From Polyangiaceae bacterium (GTDB lineage: Bacteria; Myxococcota_A; Polyangia; Polyangiales; Polyangiaceae), in contig JAPSGB010000004.1 in assembly GCA_035063585.1 (NCBI GenBank), forward strand, positions 128,001 through 192,000: 64,000 bases of DNA, written 5' to 3'. A model generated the notes under the pieces. It ran no database searches. It was given only the letters and a program-made list of their open reading frames with translations, and had not been told where the DNA came from. Numbering within the stretch: the first letter of the stretch is position 1; the number at the start of each line of letters is the position of its first letter. A program made the translations under genes and the position numbers. Below, piece by piece: positions 50,718 through 59,520 of this stretch.

Positions 50718-52415
50718 ATGATGCTCAATCGTCGAATCATCATTGCTGGATGCGTCGCGCTCGCCAGCGCAGCCTGTGGGAAGAGCGGAGCCGACGCGCC
50801 CGGGGCGGCGGGTGCCGCGAGCGGAGGCGCGGGGGGCGAACGCTCCGACTCGGGGGGCGCGAGCGCAGGCGGAGGAGCCGGCGCGAGCGGCGCAGGCGGG
50901 AGCGGCGCCAGCGGAGGCGCCGACGCGGGCGGGGCCGGAGGGCTCGCGGGGGCCGGCGGGAGCGGCGGCGCGACCGTCGATCCGAGCTGCACGCCTTCAG
51001 CGCTCTACGGCAAGCACGGCGAGCTCTGGCGCGCCGATGGCCGCCTCCGCGAGGTGGCCTGGGCCGGCTACCGCACCGGCAACGTCCCGCTTCCGACGCC
51101 AACCAGCCCGAGCCTGAGCGTGAGCGACTTCGGAGCCACGCCCGACGACGACACCGACGACACCCAGGCGTTCTTGACCGCGCTCGCCACCGCTACGAGC
51201 GGCGTCGTGACCATCCCGAGAGGGAGGTTCATCATCAGCGCACGGCTCGAGCTCAAGAAACCGAACCTCGTCCTGCGGGGCGCCGGTGCCGGGGCGACCG
51301 TGCTCTCCTTCCCGAGGTCGCTCGGTGACGTCTACGGCCTCACCTTCAACTCTGCCGGTCAATCGAGCTGGTCGTTCACCGGCGGGTTCATCCATGTGAG
51401 CGGGAGCGACAGCGGCGCCAAGCTCGCCGACGTCACCGCCGCCGCGAAGCTCGGCGACAAGCGCCTGGCGCTCTCGACGGTCTCGGGGCTGAGCGCCGGG
51501 ATGTGGGTCCGGCTCTCGATGACGGATGCTGGCGGCACGCTCCTCGAGGCGCTCCACGCCGGCTACTTCCCCGGAAACGTCGGCGAAGACGGCGGCAAAC
51601 AAGTGTCGCGATTCTACTCGAAGGTAGAGAGCGTCGACTCGACGGGCGTCGTGCTCGAGCGCCCGCTGCCGCTCCGCGTCGAGCTCGCGTGGAAGCCGGA
51701 GCTCCGCGCGGTCGCGCCGAAGGTGCGCGAGGTCGGGCTGGAGGGCTTCACCATGGAGTTTGCCGGCACCCCGTATCCGGGTCACTTCAAAGAGCGTGGC
51801 TACAACGCCATCTATCTCACGAACGTCGTCGACTCCTGGGTCCGAGACGTCACCATCCTGAACGCCGATTACGGCGTTGGCGTGAGCGAGTGTCATTTCG
51901 TGACGGTGACCGACGTGATCCTCGACACGACCTTCGACCGAGGCTCCCTCGTCGGGCACCACGGCCTGAGCAGCACCGGAAGCGGCGATCTGCTCTTTAC
52001 GCGCTTCGACGTACGAAAGACGTTCATCCACGATCTTTCCGTGGACGGCTACGCGCGCGGCACCGTCTGGTCGGACGGGCGAGGCGTCGACCTTGCGATG
52101 GACCACCACGGGCGAGCGCCGAACGGCTCACTCTTTACGAACCTCGACCTCGGCGCCGGTACGCGACCCTTCAAGAGCGGCGGGAGCACGAATCGCCTGC
52201 CGCACTCGGGCGCCTACAGCACTTTCTGGAACGTCCACGCCGCGCGCCCGCTCGCCTTGCCTCCGGACGACTACGGCCCGCTCCTCAATTTCGTCGCGGT
52301 CACGACCGACGCCACGAGCGTGAGCTCGCCTTACGGTTGGTCCCTCGAGAGAGTCGACAGGGCCAAGCTCTGTCAGCCAGACTTGCACGCAGCGATGGTG
52401 CGTGACCTTCGCTGA
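50718..52415 (+). CDS. Lipoprotein with pectate-lyase-3/GH28-related beta-helix domain
   Basis: GGAGG RBS, lipobox SAAC, SVSDFGATPDDDTDDTQAF...IPRGRF...VLRGAG motif. Confidence 0.8.
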   Translation: MMLNRRIIIAGCVALASAACGKSGADAPGAAGAASGGAGGERSDSGGASAGGGAGASGAGGSGASGGADAGGAGGLAGAGGSGGATVDPSCTPSALYGKHGELWRADGRLREVAWAGYRTGNVPLPTPTSPSLSVSDFGATPDDDTDDTQAFLTALATATSGVVTIPRGRFIISARLELKKPNLVLRGAGAGATVLSFPRSLGDVYGLTFNSAGQSSWSFTGGFIHVSGSDSGAKLADVTAAAKLGDKRLALSTVSGLSAGMWVRLSMTDAGGTLLEALHAGYFPGNVGEDGGKQVSRFYSKVESVDSTGVVLERPLPLRVELAWKPELRAVAPKVREVGLEGFTMEFAGTPYPGHFKERGYNAIYLTNVVDSWVRDVTILNADYGVGVSECHFVTVTDVILDTTFDRGSLVGHHGLSSTGSGDLLFTRFDVRKTFIHDLSVDGYARGTVWSDGRGVDLAMDHHGRAPNGSLFTNLDLGAGTRPFKSGGSTNRLPHSGAYSTFWNVHAARPLALPPDDYGPLLNFVAVTTDATSVSSPYGWSLERVDRAKLCQPDLHAAMVRDLR

Positions 52416-52460
52416 GCCCAAGTGCTCAAGTTTCTAGGGGGAGGTCGCTTCGGCGCGGAA

Positions 52461-54377
52461 TCACGCGGGGCGGGGGCGGCGCGCCTCGGCCAGAGCGCGG
52501 AGCTCGCCGCGCCGGAGCCGCCCGACGCGCACCTGGCTCGAGGTGCTCGCGAGCGCGCGGCGGTAGCCGGCGAGCCAGGCGTCCGGCGATGGGCATGGCG
52601 CCGGCTCGACGCCCGGCGCGAAGGTGAGGTCCACCGTGAGCGGACGGCGCGCGCGGATGATGGCGCGGAGCGCGTGCGGGGGCCATGCCTCGAGCCCGAG
52701 CCCGAGCACGTGTCCGACGCGATAGTCGCTGAGGATGGCTCGGAGCGCGCGCGCCGGCGCGCGCGGTCGCGTCACGCGGTAGTGCGTGGCCTCGGGCGCG
52801 CCGTCGAGCACCTCGGCGAGCGCGATGCCGCCCTCGCCCGGATACGCGAGCAACACGCGCGGGAGCGCGAGGCGCTCGACGAGCGCGAGCACGCGCGCGC
52901 CGTCTGCCCCGGACTCGGCGGGCGGCGCCGACAAGAGCACCAGCACGGCGGCTTCGCGCGCCCGGGGCGCGCGGCGCGCGTGAAACTCGAGCTCGTCGAG
53001 CGCGCGCCGAACCGCTGGCTCGACGGTCGGCGCGGGAGCCGTCCCCGCGACGAGCGCGGCGGCCGCGAGCCGCACCGGGAAGCCCGCCGCCTGCGCGCGA
53101 GCGCTCGGCTCGCCGGCGTCGAGCTCACCCGCCGCCGAGAGCGCGTCGGCAGAGAAGTATACGCAGCCGGGGAACCCACGCTCCAAGAGGGGATGACTCG
53201 GGCGCGCCGTGCGGCGCGCGAGCGCGGCCAGATGCTTGTCCGCTGCGCTCGGGCCGGGCAGGGCGCAGGCGAGCCCCGGCGCCTCGCCCGCGCGCGCCGC
53301 CGCGCGGAGCGCGCGGAGGAAACCGCGAAACACGCGCACCTCACCCTCGATGAGCACGACATCGCGCGCGCCGCTCACCGCAGGCTCTGCGCGCGCACGC
53401 ACCTCGACGCGCGGACATTCGGCGGCGAGCTCACCGAACATCCGAGAGAGCTCCCGGGCTCGGCCGTCGTCCACGAGCGTGATCCGCACGTCGTTCCGCG
53501 TATGCCGGAGCACGCTCTCGACGGTGGCGCGCGCGCTCGCGAGGTCCGCAAGCCCGCGGATGACGACATCCACGCCGCGACGCCCGCGCGCCGCCACCCG
53601 TCTGACGACGACGTGCGTCTCCCCCGGGCGCGCGGGCGAGGGCTCGAGCCGCTCCACCGTGAGCCCGCGCGCCGCGAGCTCCCGCGCAAGCCACGCGCGG
53701 GTCCACGCGGCGTCGCGGGCGACGAGCACCGCGAGCGTGTCTCCGACGGCGAGCTCGTGCGCCGCACGAGCGAGCGCTCGACCGAGCTCGCGCCGCCGCG
53801 CGCCGAGCTCCACCGGGGCGCGCGGAGGCCCGGCCCCGGGCGGAGCGAAGCGTGGCCCCAGCGCACCGAGCGCGAGCACGCGCGCTTCGCCGCCCTCGTC
53901 GAGCGGGGTGAGCGAGAGCCGCACCGCTCCGCGCAGCGCGCGCTCGAGCGATACGACGATGAGGCGATCGATACCGTCCGCGACGACCTCGAAGCGAGCC
54001 GTGAGCGCGGGCCGCGCGGTTCCGCGCCGGTCCGACAAAATGGAAATCCGGCCCTGGCCGCGCCCGCTCTCGGTGAGCGCGCGCATGCGGATGACGAGGG
54101 TGCGCGCGCCGCGAGGGAGCTCGAGCGCGGGGGACTCGTAGCTCGCGCCCGGCTCGAGGCGCGCCTCACCGAGCGGGCTCGCGCGCTCGGAGACGCCACC
54201 GCGCGGCCGCCAACCCGAGAGCGCTGGGCTGCCGATGATGAGGGCGTCGCCGGTGGCGGCGGTGCGCGCGTCGAGGGCATCGAGCCACGCCGCGAGCTCG
54301 AAGGGCGCGGGCGGGGGCGCGGGGCTCGGGCGAAGCGCGCGGGCCGCGCGCTCGAGGAGCTCACCGAAGGACGCCAT
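52461..54377 (-). CDS. Divergent glycosyltransferase-like protein (GT2-like core with degenerate DxD)
   Basis: VDVVIRGLADLASARATVESVLRHT..VRITLVDDG resembles a GT2 N-terminus. DVVLIEGEV sits where DxD is expected. Confidence 0.55.
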   Translation of the reverse strand: MASFGELLERAARALRPSPAPPPAPFELAAWLDALDARTAATGDALIIGSPALSGWRPRGGVSERASPLGEARLEPGASYESPALELPRGARTLVIRMRALTESGRGQGRISILSDRRGTARPALTARFEVVADGIDRLIVVSLERALRGAVRLSLTPLDEGGEARVLALGALGPRFAPPGAGPPRAPVELGARRRELGRALARAAHELAVGDTLAVLVARDAAWTRAWLARELAARGLTVERLEPSPARPGETHVVVRRVAARGRRGVDVVIRGLADLASARATVESVLRHTRNDVRITLVDDGRARELSRMFGELAAECPRVEVRARAEPAVSGARDVVLIEGEVRVFRGFLRALRAAARAGEAPGLACALPGPSAADKHLAALARRTARPSHPLLERGFPGCVYFSADALSAAGELDAGEPSARAQAAGFPVRLAAAALVAGTAPAPTVEPAVRRALDELEFHARRAPRAREAAVLVLLSAPPAESGADGARVLALVERLALPRVLLAYPGEGGIALAEVLDGAPEATHYRVTRPRAPARALRAILSDYRVGHVLGLGLEAWPPHALRAIIRARRPLTVDLTFAPGVEPAPCPSPDAWLAGYRRALASTSSQVRVGRLRRGELRALAEARRPRPA

Positions 54378-54385
54378 GCTCGGGC

Positions 54386-55090
54386 TCAGGAGCCACCGCC
54401 CGCGAGCTCGCGGAGCGGCTCGAGCGAGGTGAGCTCGAAGCCGTCGGGAGTCGTGTCGATGAAGCCCTGCTTTTGCCACGCGCTCACGCAGCGAATGACC
54501 GTCTCGACGCGCGCGCCGACCAGCCGCGCCATGGCGCCGCGCGAGAGCGGCACCGCGATGGTGATGCGGCCCGCTTCGTCTTCATCGCCGAAGCGATCGG
54601 CGAGGTGCAGGAGGAGCGTCGCGACCCGCTGCGCGACCGCGCCCGCGCTCATCACCGCGATCTTGGCGCGGAGCGCGTGGGTGTGATCGAGCAGCGCGCG
54701 GTTCACCGCCTGCGCGAGCTGCGGCTCACGCGGCATGGCCGCGAGCACCGGCTCGGCTTGCACGCGCACCACCTCGACGACCTCGCTCGCGGCGATCGCG
54801 TCGGCCGGGTAGCGGCCGCGCTCGAGCACCGCCGAGTCGCCGACGCTCTCGCGCGGCCCGAAGAGCGCGAGCAGCGAGCTCTCGCCGCCCGCGGTCGGCT
54901 GTACGATTTGCACCAGGCCGCGCTGAATGATGGTGAACGCCGACGCGTCGGCGCCGGCGCGCCAGAGCGGCTCGTTCTCGCCGAAGCGCGCGACGCGGGA
55001 GAGCCCGGCGAGCCGAGCGATCCAGGCGTCATCCAGTCCGCGGAAGAGCTTCGATGCCTTCAGGCGCCCTTCGAGCTTACTCGCGTCCAC
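54386..55090 (-). CDS. Crp/Fnr family transcriptional regulator
   Basis: cNMP-type barrel (LFRGL, GPRESVGD, YPADA) and HTH LSRGAMARLVGARVETVIR. Confidence 0.92.
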   Translation of the reverse strand: MDASKLEGRLKASKLFRGLDDAWIARLAGLSRVARFGENEPLWRAGADASAFTIIQRGLVQIVQPTAGGESSLLALFGPRESVGDSAVLERGRYPADAIAASEVVEVVRVQAEPVLAAMPREPQLAQAVNRALLDHTHALRAKIAVMSAGAVAQRVATLLLHLADRFGDEDEAGRITIAVPLSRGAMARLVGARVETVIRCVSAWQKQGFIDTTPDGFELTSLEPLRELAGGGS

Positions 55091-55206
55091 GGGGGGAGCC
55101 TAGCGCCGGCGAGCGGAGAAGGAACTCCCCGAGCGCCTCCCGGCGCGATCTCGACAATTTTGTCTCCGGGGCGAGCTCATGTCGGCCCCTCGCGCGTCCA
55201 AGGAAC

Positions 55207-55719
55207 ATGACGGCTCGACAAGTCGGCTGCGCCATCCTCGTCCTCTGGGTCGCCGCCGGGTGCGCCGCGGCGCGCCCGAGCCTCGGGCCCCCGGCGCCCG
55301 AGTCGGTGGTAGTCGCCGAGCCAGCTCCCGAGGCGCAGCAAGCGCCGAGCAGCACGGCGAAGGCGGACGGCACCGCCGAGCCACCGCTCGAGAGCCTCCC
55401 CGAGGCCGAGGCCGCGCTCGCGCGCGCGAGCGCCGAGCTCGACGGGCTCTACGGAGCTTCGAGCTCCGAGGTGGGGGCCCGCCCGAGCGCCGCTGCCCCG
55501 GCCGCTCCGGCCGACGCGGCGGGTGCGGCCGCGCCGGCGCAAGCGGCGCGCGCTGAGGGCGGGTCGAGCTGCGAGACGACCTGCCGGGCCTTCGGCTCGC
55601 TCCGTCGCGCCGCAGACGCGGTGTGCCGCCTCGCCGGTGACGACGACTCGCGCTGCGCGCGCGGCCGCAAGCTCGTGGCGGACAACGCCCAGCGGGTCGC
55701 CGCGTGCGGTTGCAAGTAG
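55207..55719 (+). CDS. Hypothetical lipoprotein with a six-Cys C-terminal helical domain
   Basis: AGGA RBS, lipobox AAGC, and CETTCRA...VCRL...RC...CGC. Confidence 0.7.
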   Translation: MTARQVGCAILVLWVAAGCAAARPSLGPPAPESVVVAEPAPEAQQAPSSTAKADGTAEPPLESLPEAEAALARASAELDGLYGASSSEVGARPSAAAPAAPADAAGAAAPAQAARAEGGSSCETTCRAFGSLRRAADAVCRLAGDDDSRCARGRKLVADNAQRVAACGCK

Positions 55720-55817
55720 CGTCGGAGCGGCGCGCTGGCATCGCGGAGCCCGAGGCAGCGCGGCGACCCAAGGCGGGGCGGTGGGAGCGGGTCCGAGCGG
55801 GAACCTCGGAGGTGAAC

Positions 55818-56102
55818 ATGCACTCTCGAAGTCTGCTCCTCACCGTCGTGCTGCTCGGAGTGGCGGGCGCGCCCGCCGTCGCGCGAGCCCAGCCGGCCGC
55901 CGCGCGCCCGACCGGAGTCAAATCGACCGCGGAGCGCAAGGGAGGCTCGGTCTACGAGTACTTCACGGACCAGCTCGGCGCGGCTGGCAACGCCGCGACC
56001 GGGTGGGTGCTGACCATCCGTAAGAGCGCCGCGCGGAGCACGCTCATCCGCCCGCGCGTCAGCTTCGTGCCGGAATTGCTGAAGTCGGCGGACACGCTCT
56101 GA
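55818..56102 (+). CDS. Small secreted protein resembling gliding-motility GltF/CglF
   Basis: GGAGG RBS, signal peptide, and C-terminal TLIRPRVSFVPELLKSADTL resembling the CglF-family tail (recognised from memory). Confidence 0.65.
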   Translation: MHSRSLLLTVVLLGVAGAPAVARAQPAAARPTGVKSTAERKGGSVYEYFTDQLGAAGNAATGWVLTIRKSAARSTLIRPRVSFVPELLKSADTL

Positions 56103-56195
56103 CCGATGGAGCTCCGTGCGGTTCGACGCGTCGCGGCGAGCGGGCCGTACGGCGCGGGCGCGCTCGCCGCGAGTCGCACTAGACTAGATGCCAAG

Positions 56196-57152
56196 ATGGC
56201 CGCCTCATCCTCGCCGGTCGGCAGGCTCGCGCCGAGCCCGACCGGGCTCCTCCACCTCGGCCACGCGCGGAGCTTCCTCTTCGCGTGGTGGCATGCGCGC
56301 GCCGCGGGCGGAAGCGTGGTGATGCGGATGGAGGATCTCGACGGCGAGCGCGCGCGTGACGAGCTCGTCGACGCCGCGCTCCGCGATCTCGAGTGGCTCG
56401 GGCTCGACTGGGATGGCGAGGTGGTGCGCCAATCAGCCGGGCTCGAACACCTGGAGGCAGCCCTCGGCGTACTCCTCGAGCGCGGGCTCGCGTACCCGTG
56501 CGTGTGCACCCGCGGGGAGCTTCGCGGGGCGGTGAGCGCACCGCAGCAGGGTGACGGCGAGGTGCGTTACCCGGGCACCTGCCGCGGGCGCTTCCGGAGT
56601 CGTGAAGAGGCCGAGCGCACCAGCGGGCAGCCGGCGGGGCTTCGTTTCCGTGTGGATGACGGGCCCGTCGTGCTGGACGATCGGCTGGCTGGGACGGTGC
56701 GCTTCGACGTCGCCCAGGAGGTCGGCGACTTTCTAATCGCGACCAAGCGACGCACGCCCGCCTATCAGCTCGCGGTGGTGGTCGACGACGCGCGCGCGGG
56801 GGTGACCGAGGTCGTGCGCGGTGACGATCTCCTCTCGAGCGCCGCGCGCCAGCGGCTCTTGCAAGACGCGCTCGGGCTGGCGCACGTCGACTACTTTCAC
56901 GTCCCGCTGGTCGTCGACGCGAGCGGACGCCGGCTCGCCAAACGCGAGCGTGACCTCGGACTGGCGGATCTACGCGCGGGCGGCACCGACCCGCGCGCGC
57001 TGGTGGCGTGGGCCGCGCGGAGCGCCGGCCTCGCGGTCGATGAGCGCGTCACCGCGCGTGAAGTCTTGCCGATCTTTACCCTCGCGCGCCTCCCGCGCGC
57101 GCCCTCCCTCCTCGACGCGCCGACCCTCGCGGCGCTCCGGAGCGCGCGGTGA
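56196..57152 (+). CDS. gluQ: tRNA glutamyl-Q(34) synthetase GluQRS
   Basis: RLAPSPTGLLHLGH, RMEDLD, YPCVCTR, YPGTCR, YQLAVVVDD, RGDDL and RLAKR. No anticodon-binding domain. Confidence 0.93.
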   Translation: MAASSSPVGRLAPSPTGLLHLGHARSFLFAWWHARAAGGSVVMRMEDLDGERARDELVDAALRDLEWLGLDWDGEVVRQSAGLEHLEAALGVLLERGLAYPCVCTRGELRGAVSAPQQGDGEVRYPGTCRGRFRSREEAERTSGQPAGLRFRVDDGPVVLDDRLAGTVRFDVAQEVGDFLIATKRRTPAYQLAVVVDDARAGVTEVVRGDDLLSSAARQRLLQDALGLAHVDYFHVPLVVDASGRRLAKRERDLGLADLRAGGTDPRALVAWAARSAGLAVDERVTAREVLPIFTLARLPRAPSLLDAPTLAALRSAR

Positions 57153-57793
57153 GGCGGCGGGCGCTCCTCGCCTTGCCGGCGCTGCTCGCCGCGCCGCGGA
57201 GCCTCGTCGCGAAACCGCTCGCTCGGCTCGCGCTCCAGCCGCTCGGCGGCGCGCTCGGCGCGGCCGACGTCGCCTTGGTGTCGATCGCGCTACGGGCCTT
57301 CTACGCGGTCGAGGTCACGCCGCTGCCTCGCGTCGCGCTGCCTCGACGCGCGTACTACCCGCCTCGCAAGCGCTACCGCGCCGAGAAGCTGCTCGATTTC
57401 TTGAGCGCTCGGGTACCCGTCGGCGCGCTCGGCGTGCTCGGGCTCACCGCCACGGACATCTCGACGACCAAGGGCGACATCGCGGACTTCGGGATCCTGG
57501 GGCTCGCCACCATAGACGGACGGGTCGGTGTGCTGTCGTCGTTTCGGTGCCGGCGACGCGCGCGAAGCGCAAGACACGCGCGCGAGCGGCTCGGCAAGGT
57601 CGCCGTCCACGAGCTCGGTCACGCCTTCGGCCTCGAGCACTGCCCGAACCGCGGCTGCCTGATGGAAGACGCCGAGGGCAGCGTGCTCACCTGCGACCGC
57701 GAGTATGAGCTCTGCGCGGACTGCCGCGGCAAGCTCGCCCTGGCCGGGCACCCGCTCGCCGAGGGCGGCGCGCCGCCCTGGCCGCGACCGTGA
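57149..57793 (+). CDS. Archaemetzincin-family (M54) Zn metalloprotease
   Basis: HELGHAFGLEHC, CLM Met-turn and CADC. GTGA overlap with gluQ. Confidence 0.88.
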   Translation: MRRRALLALPALLAAPRSLVAKPLARLALQPLGGALGAADVALVSIALRAFYAVEVTPLPRVALPRRAYYPPRKRYRAEKLLDFLSARVPVGALGVLGLTATDISTTKGDIADFGILGLATIDGRVGVLSSFRCRRRARSARHARERLGKVAVHELGHAFGLEHCPNRGCLMEDAEGSVLTCDREYELCADCRGKLALAGHPLAEGGAPPWPRP

Positions 57794-57835
57794 GCGCGGC
57801 GCGCAGCGTGCCGCTGCGTGACGCGACGCCGCGCG

Positions 57836-58597
57836 CTACTCCGCGCCGGCTCGGGCGGCGTCGCTCGGTTCGGAGCGCGGGACCGACGACGCCTCGGCGT
57901 GCGCGTCGAATCCGGCGATCTTGCGGAGCTTGCTCACGTCGAGGAGCGTGAAGCCCTCGTCGTCGGTGAGCACGACGCCCTCGTTCTGCCAGCGGACCAT
58001 GACCCGCGTGGCCGTCTCGGGAGTGGTGGCGGTGAGCTCCGCGAGCTCATGACGCTGGAGCGGGACCGGAACCCGCCGCGCTCCGCTCGCGAGCGTGCTG
58101 CCGAAATGCTCGTCGAGCTTCAGGAGCTCGGTCGCCACGCGCTCATCGACGCGACCCGCCGCGAGCGCGTCGATCGCGTCGTAGAGCGCCATCACCTTGT
58201 CGCCGGTCGCCGCGGCGAGCGCCAGCGCGAGCGACGCCTCGCGCGACGCGAGCGTCTCGATGGTTCCAGCGGGGATCAGGGTGGCGGCGCCGTCGGTGAG
58301 AAACACGCTCTCGACCCGCGACGGGATGTGCGCGAGCACCGCGAGATCGCCGAGCACCTCGCCCTTGCCGGAGATCGCGCAGATGGCGGTCTTCCCGGTG
58401 GGGCCGGGCTGCACGATCTTGAGATAGCCGCTCGCGATGACCGCGAGGCCCATCGGGCGCTCACCTACATGCCAGAGGTGTCGGCCCCGCTGGTACGTCC
58501 GGTAGGTCGCTGCGGCGGCGAGCTCGTCGAGGATGCGCGGGGAGAGCGCGGAGAAGACGGGGCTGTCTTTGATCGACGTCAGCGCATCCACAATCAC
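57836..58597 (-). CDS. Crp/Fnr family transcriptional regulator
   Basis: PVFSALS, GEVLGDLA and HTH RHELAELTATTPETATR. Start is GTG 58597 or 58591. Confidence 0.9.
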   Translation of the reverse strand: MIVDALTSIKDSPVFSALSPRILDELAAAATYRTYQRGRHLWHVGERPMGLAVIASGYLKIVQPGPTGKTAICAISGKGEVLGDLAVLAHIPSRVESVFLTDGAATLIPAGTIETLASREASLALALAAATGDKVMALYDAIDALAAGRVDERVATELLKLDEHFGSTLASGARRVPVPLQRHELAELTATTPETATRVMVRWQNEGVVLTDDEGFTLLDVSKLRKIAGFDAHAEASSVPRSEPSDAARAGAE

Positions 58598-58607
58598 ACC
58601 TTTGCCA

Positions 58608-58623
58608 TGCAAGGCACATGCCT
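58608..58623 (-). promoter_or_regulatory. Putative sigma-54 promoter of the second Crp/Fnr gene
   Basis: Minus strand reads aGGCATgtgccTTGCA (GG-N10-GC). Confidence 0.65.
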
Positions 58624-58807
58624 GGAGGGCTCAATCTAGGTGACTCTCGTCATTTACGCAAGGCCTTCAGCGACCTACGCGCGACGGCCGCGCACGCGCG
58701 GCCCGGTCGCCTGACGGTAGGCCCGAGGGGGGTGTCGGTCCGTCGCGGCCGGCGGCGCGCCGCTCATGCGCCATCGAAGCGAGGTGCGAGCGGCCGCGGA
58801 GCGCGCC

Positions 58808-58836
58808 TTGCCGGGCCCGAGCCCGGCCTCTATGCT
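58808..58836 (+). promoter_or_regulatory. Putative sigma-70 promoter of miaE
   Basis: TTGCCG-N17-TATGCT. Confidence 0.5.
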
Positions 58837-58848
58837 GAGAGCGAGCTC

Positions 58849-59463
58849 GTGACCCCGCACCTGCACGGCCCGCGCTTCGCGGACTCTCTGCTCTTGTCGG
58901 CCACGTCGCCCGAGTGGGCGAGCGTCGCTGCGAGTCAGCTCGACGCGACGCTCGCCGACCACGCGCACTGCGAGAAGAAGGCGGCGGTGAGCGCGCTCGC
59001 GCTCATCAACGACTACCCGGAGGACGCGCGTCTGGTGCGCGCGCTCGGGCACGTCGCGGAGGAAGAGATCGCGCACTTCCGCGAGGTCCACGCGCGGCTC
59101 CTCGAGCGGGGCGCCACGCTCGACCGCGACCGCGGAGATCCCTATGCGCGCGCGCTCCTCGCGCTCGTGCGTAGAGACAACCGCGCCCGCAAGCTCGACC
59201 GGCTGCTCGTGTGCGCGCTCATCGAGGCGCGCTCGTGCGAGCGCTTCGGCCTGCTCCGGGGCGAGCTCGAGCTCCGCGGCGAGGCCGCGCTCGCGCGCTG
59301 GTATCAGCGGCTCGAGTCCGCCGAGGCCGGGCACGCGGCGCTCTTCGTCCACCTCGCGTCCGACGAGCACGGCGAGACGGAGACCACTACGCGAGTCGGC
59401 GAGCTCGCCCGCGAAGAAGCGCGCATCGTCGCTGAGCTCCCACTCGCGCCGCGGATCCACTGA
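58849..59463 (+). CDS. miaE: tRNA-(ms2io6A)-hydroxylase
   Basis: DHAHCEKKAA, EEIAHF, IEARSCERF and EAGH di-iron motifs, ending RIH. Confidence 0.93.
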   Translation: MTPHLHGPRFADSLLLSATSPEWASVAASQLDATLADHAHCEKKAAVSALALINDYPEDARLVRALGHVAEEEIAHFREVHARLLERGATLDRDRGDPYARALLALVRRDNRARKLDRLLVCALIEARSCERFGLLRGELELRGEAALARWYQRLESAEAGHAALFVHLASDEHGETETTTRVGELAREEARIVAELPLAPRIH

Positions 59464-59520
59464 CGCCGCGCGCGGCGCGACGCCGGCCGCGACGGACCAG
59501 CACCCCTCCCTCGCTCGAGC

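Noticed and set aside
52422..54686. 754-aa plus-strand ORF
   Set aside because: Arg/Glu/His-rich antisense pattern with no motifs. The minus strand carries the GT-like and Crp/Fnr genes.
58569..58582. TTGAT-N4-GTCAG as an FNR box
   Set aside because: Two mismatches and located within coding sequence.
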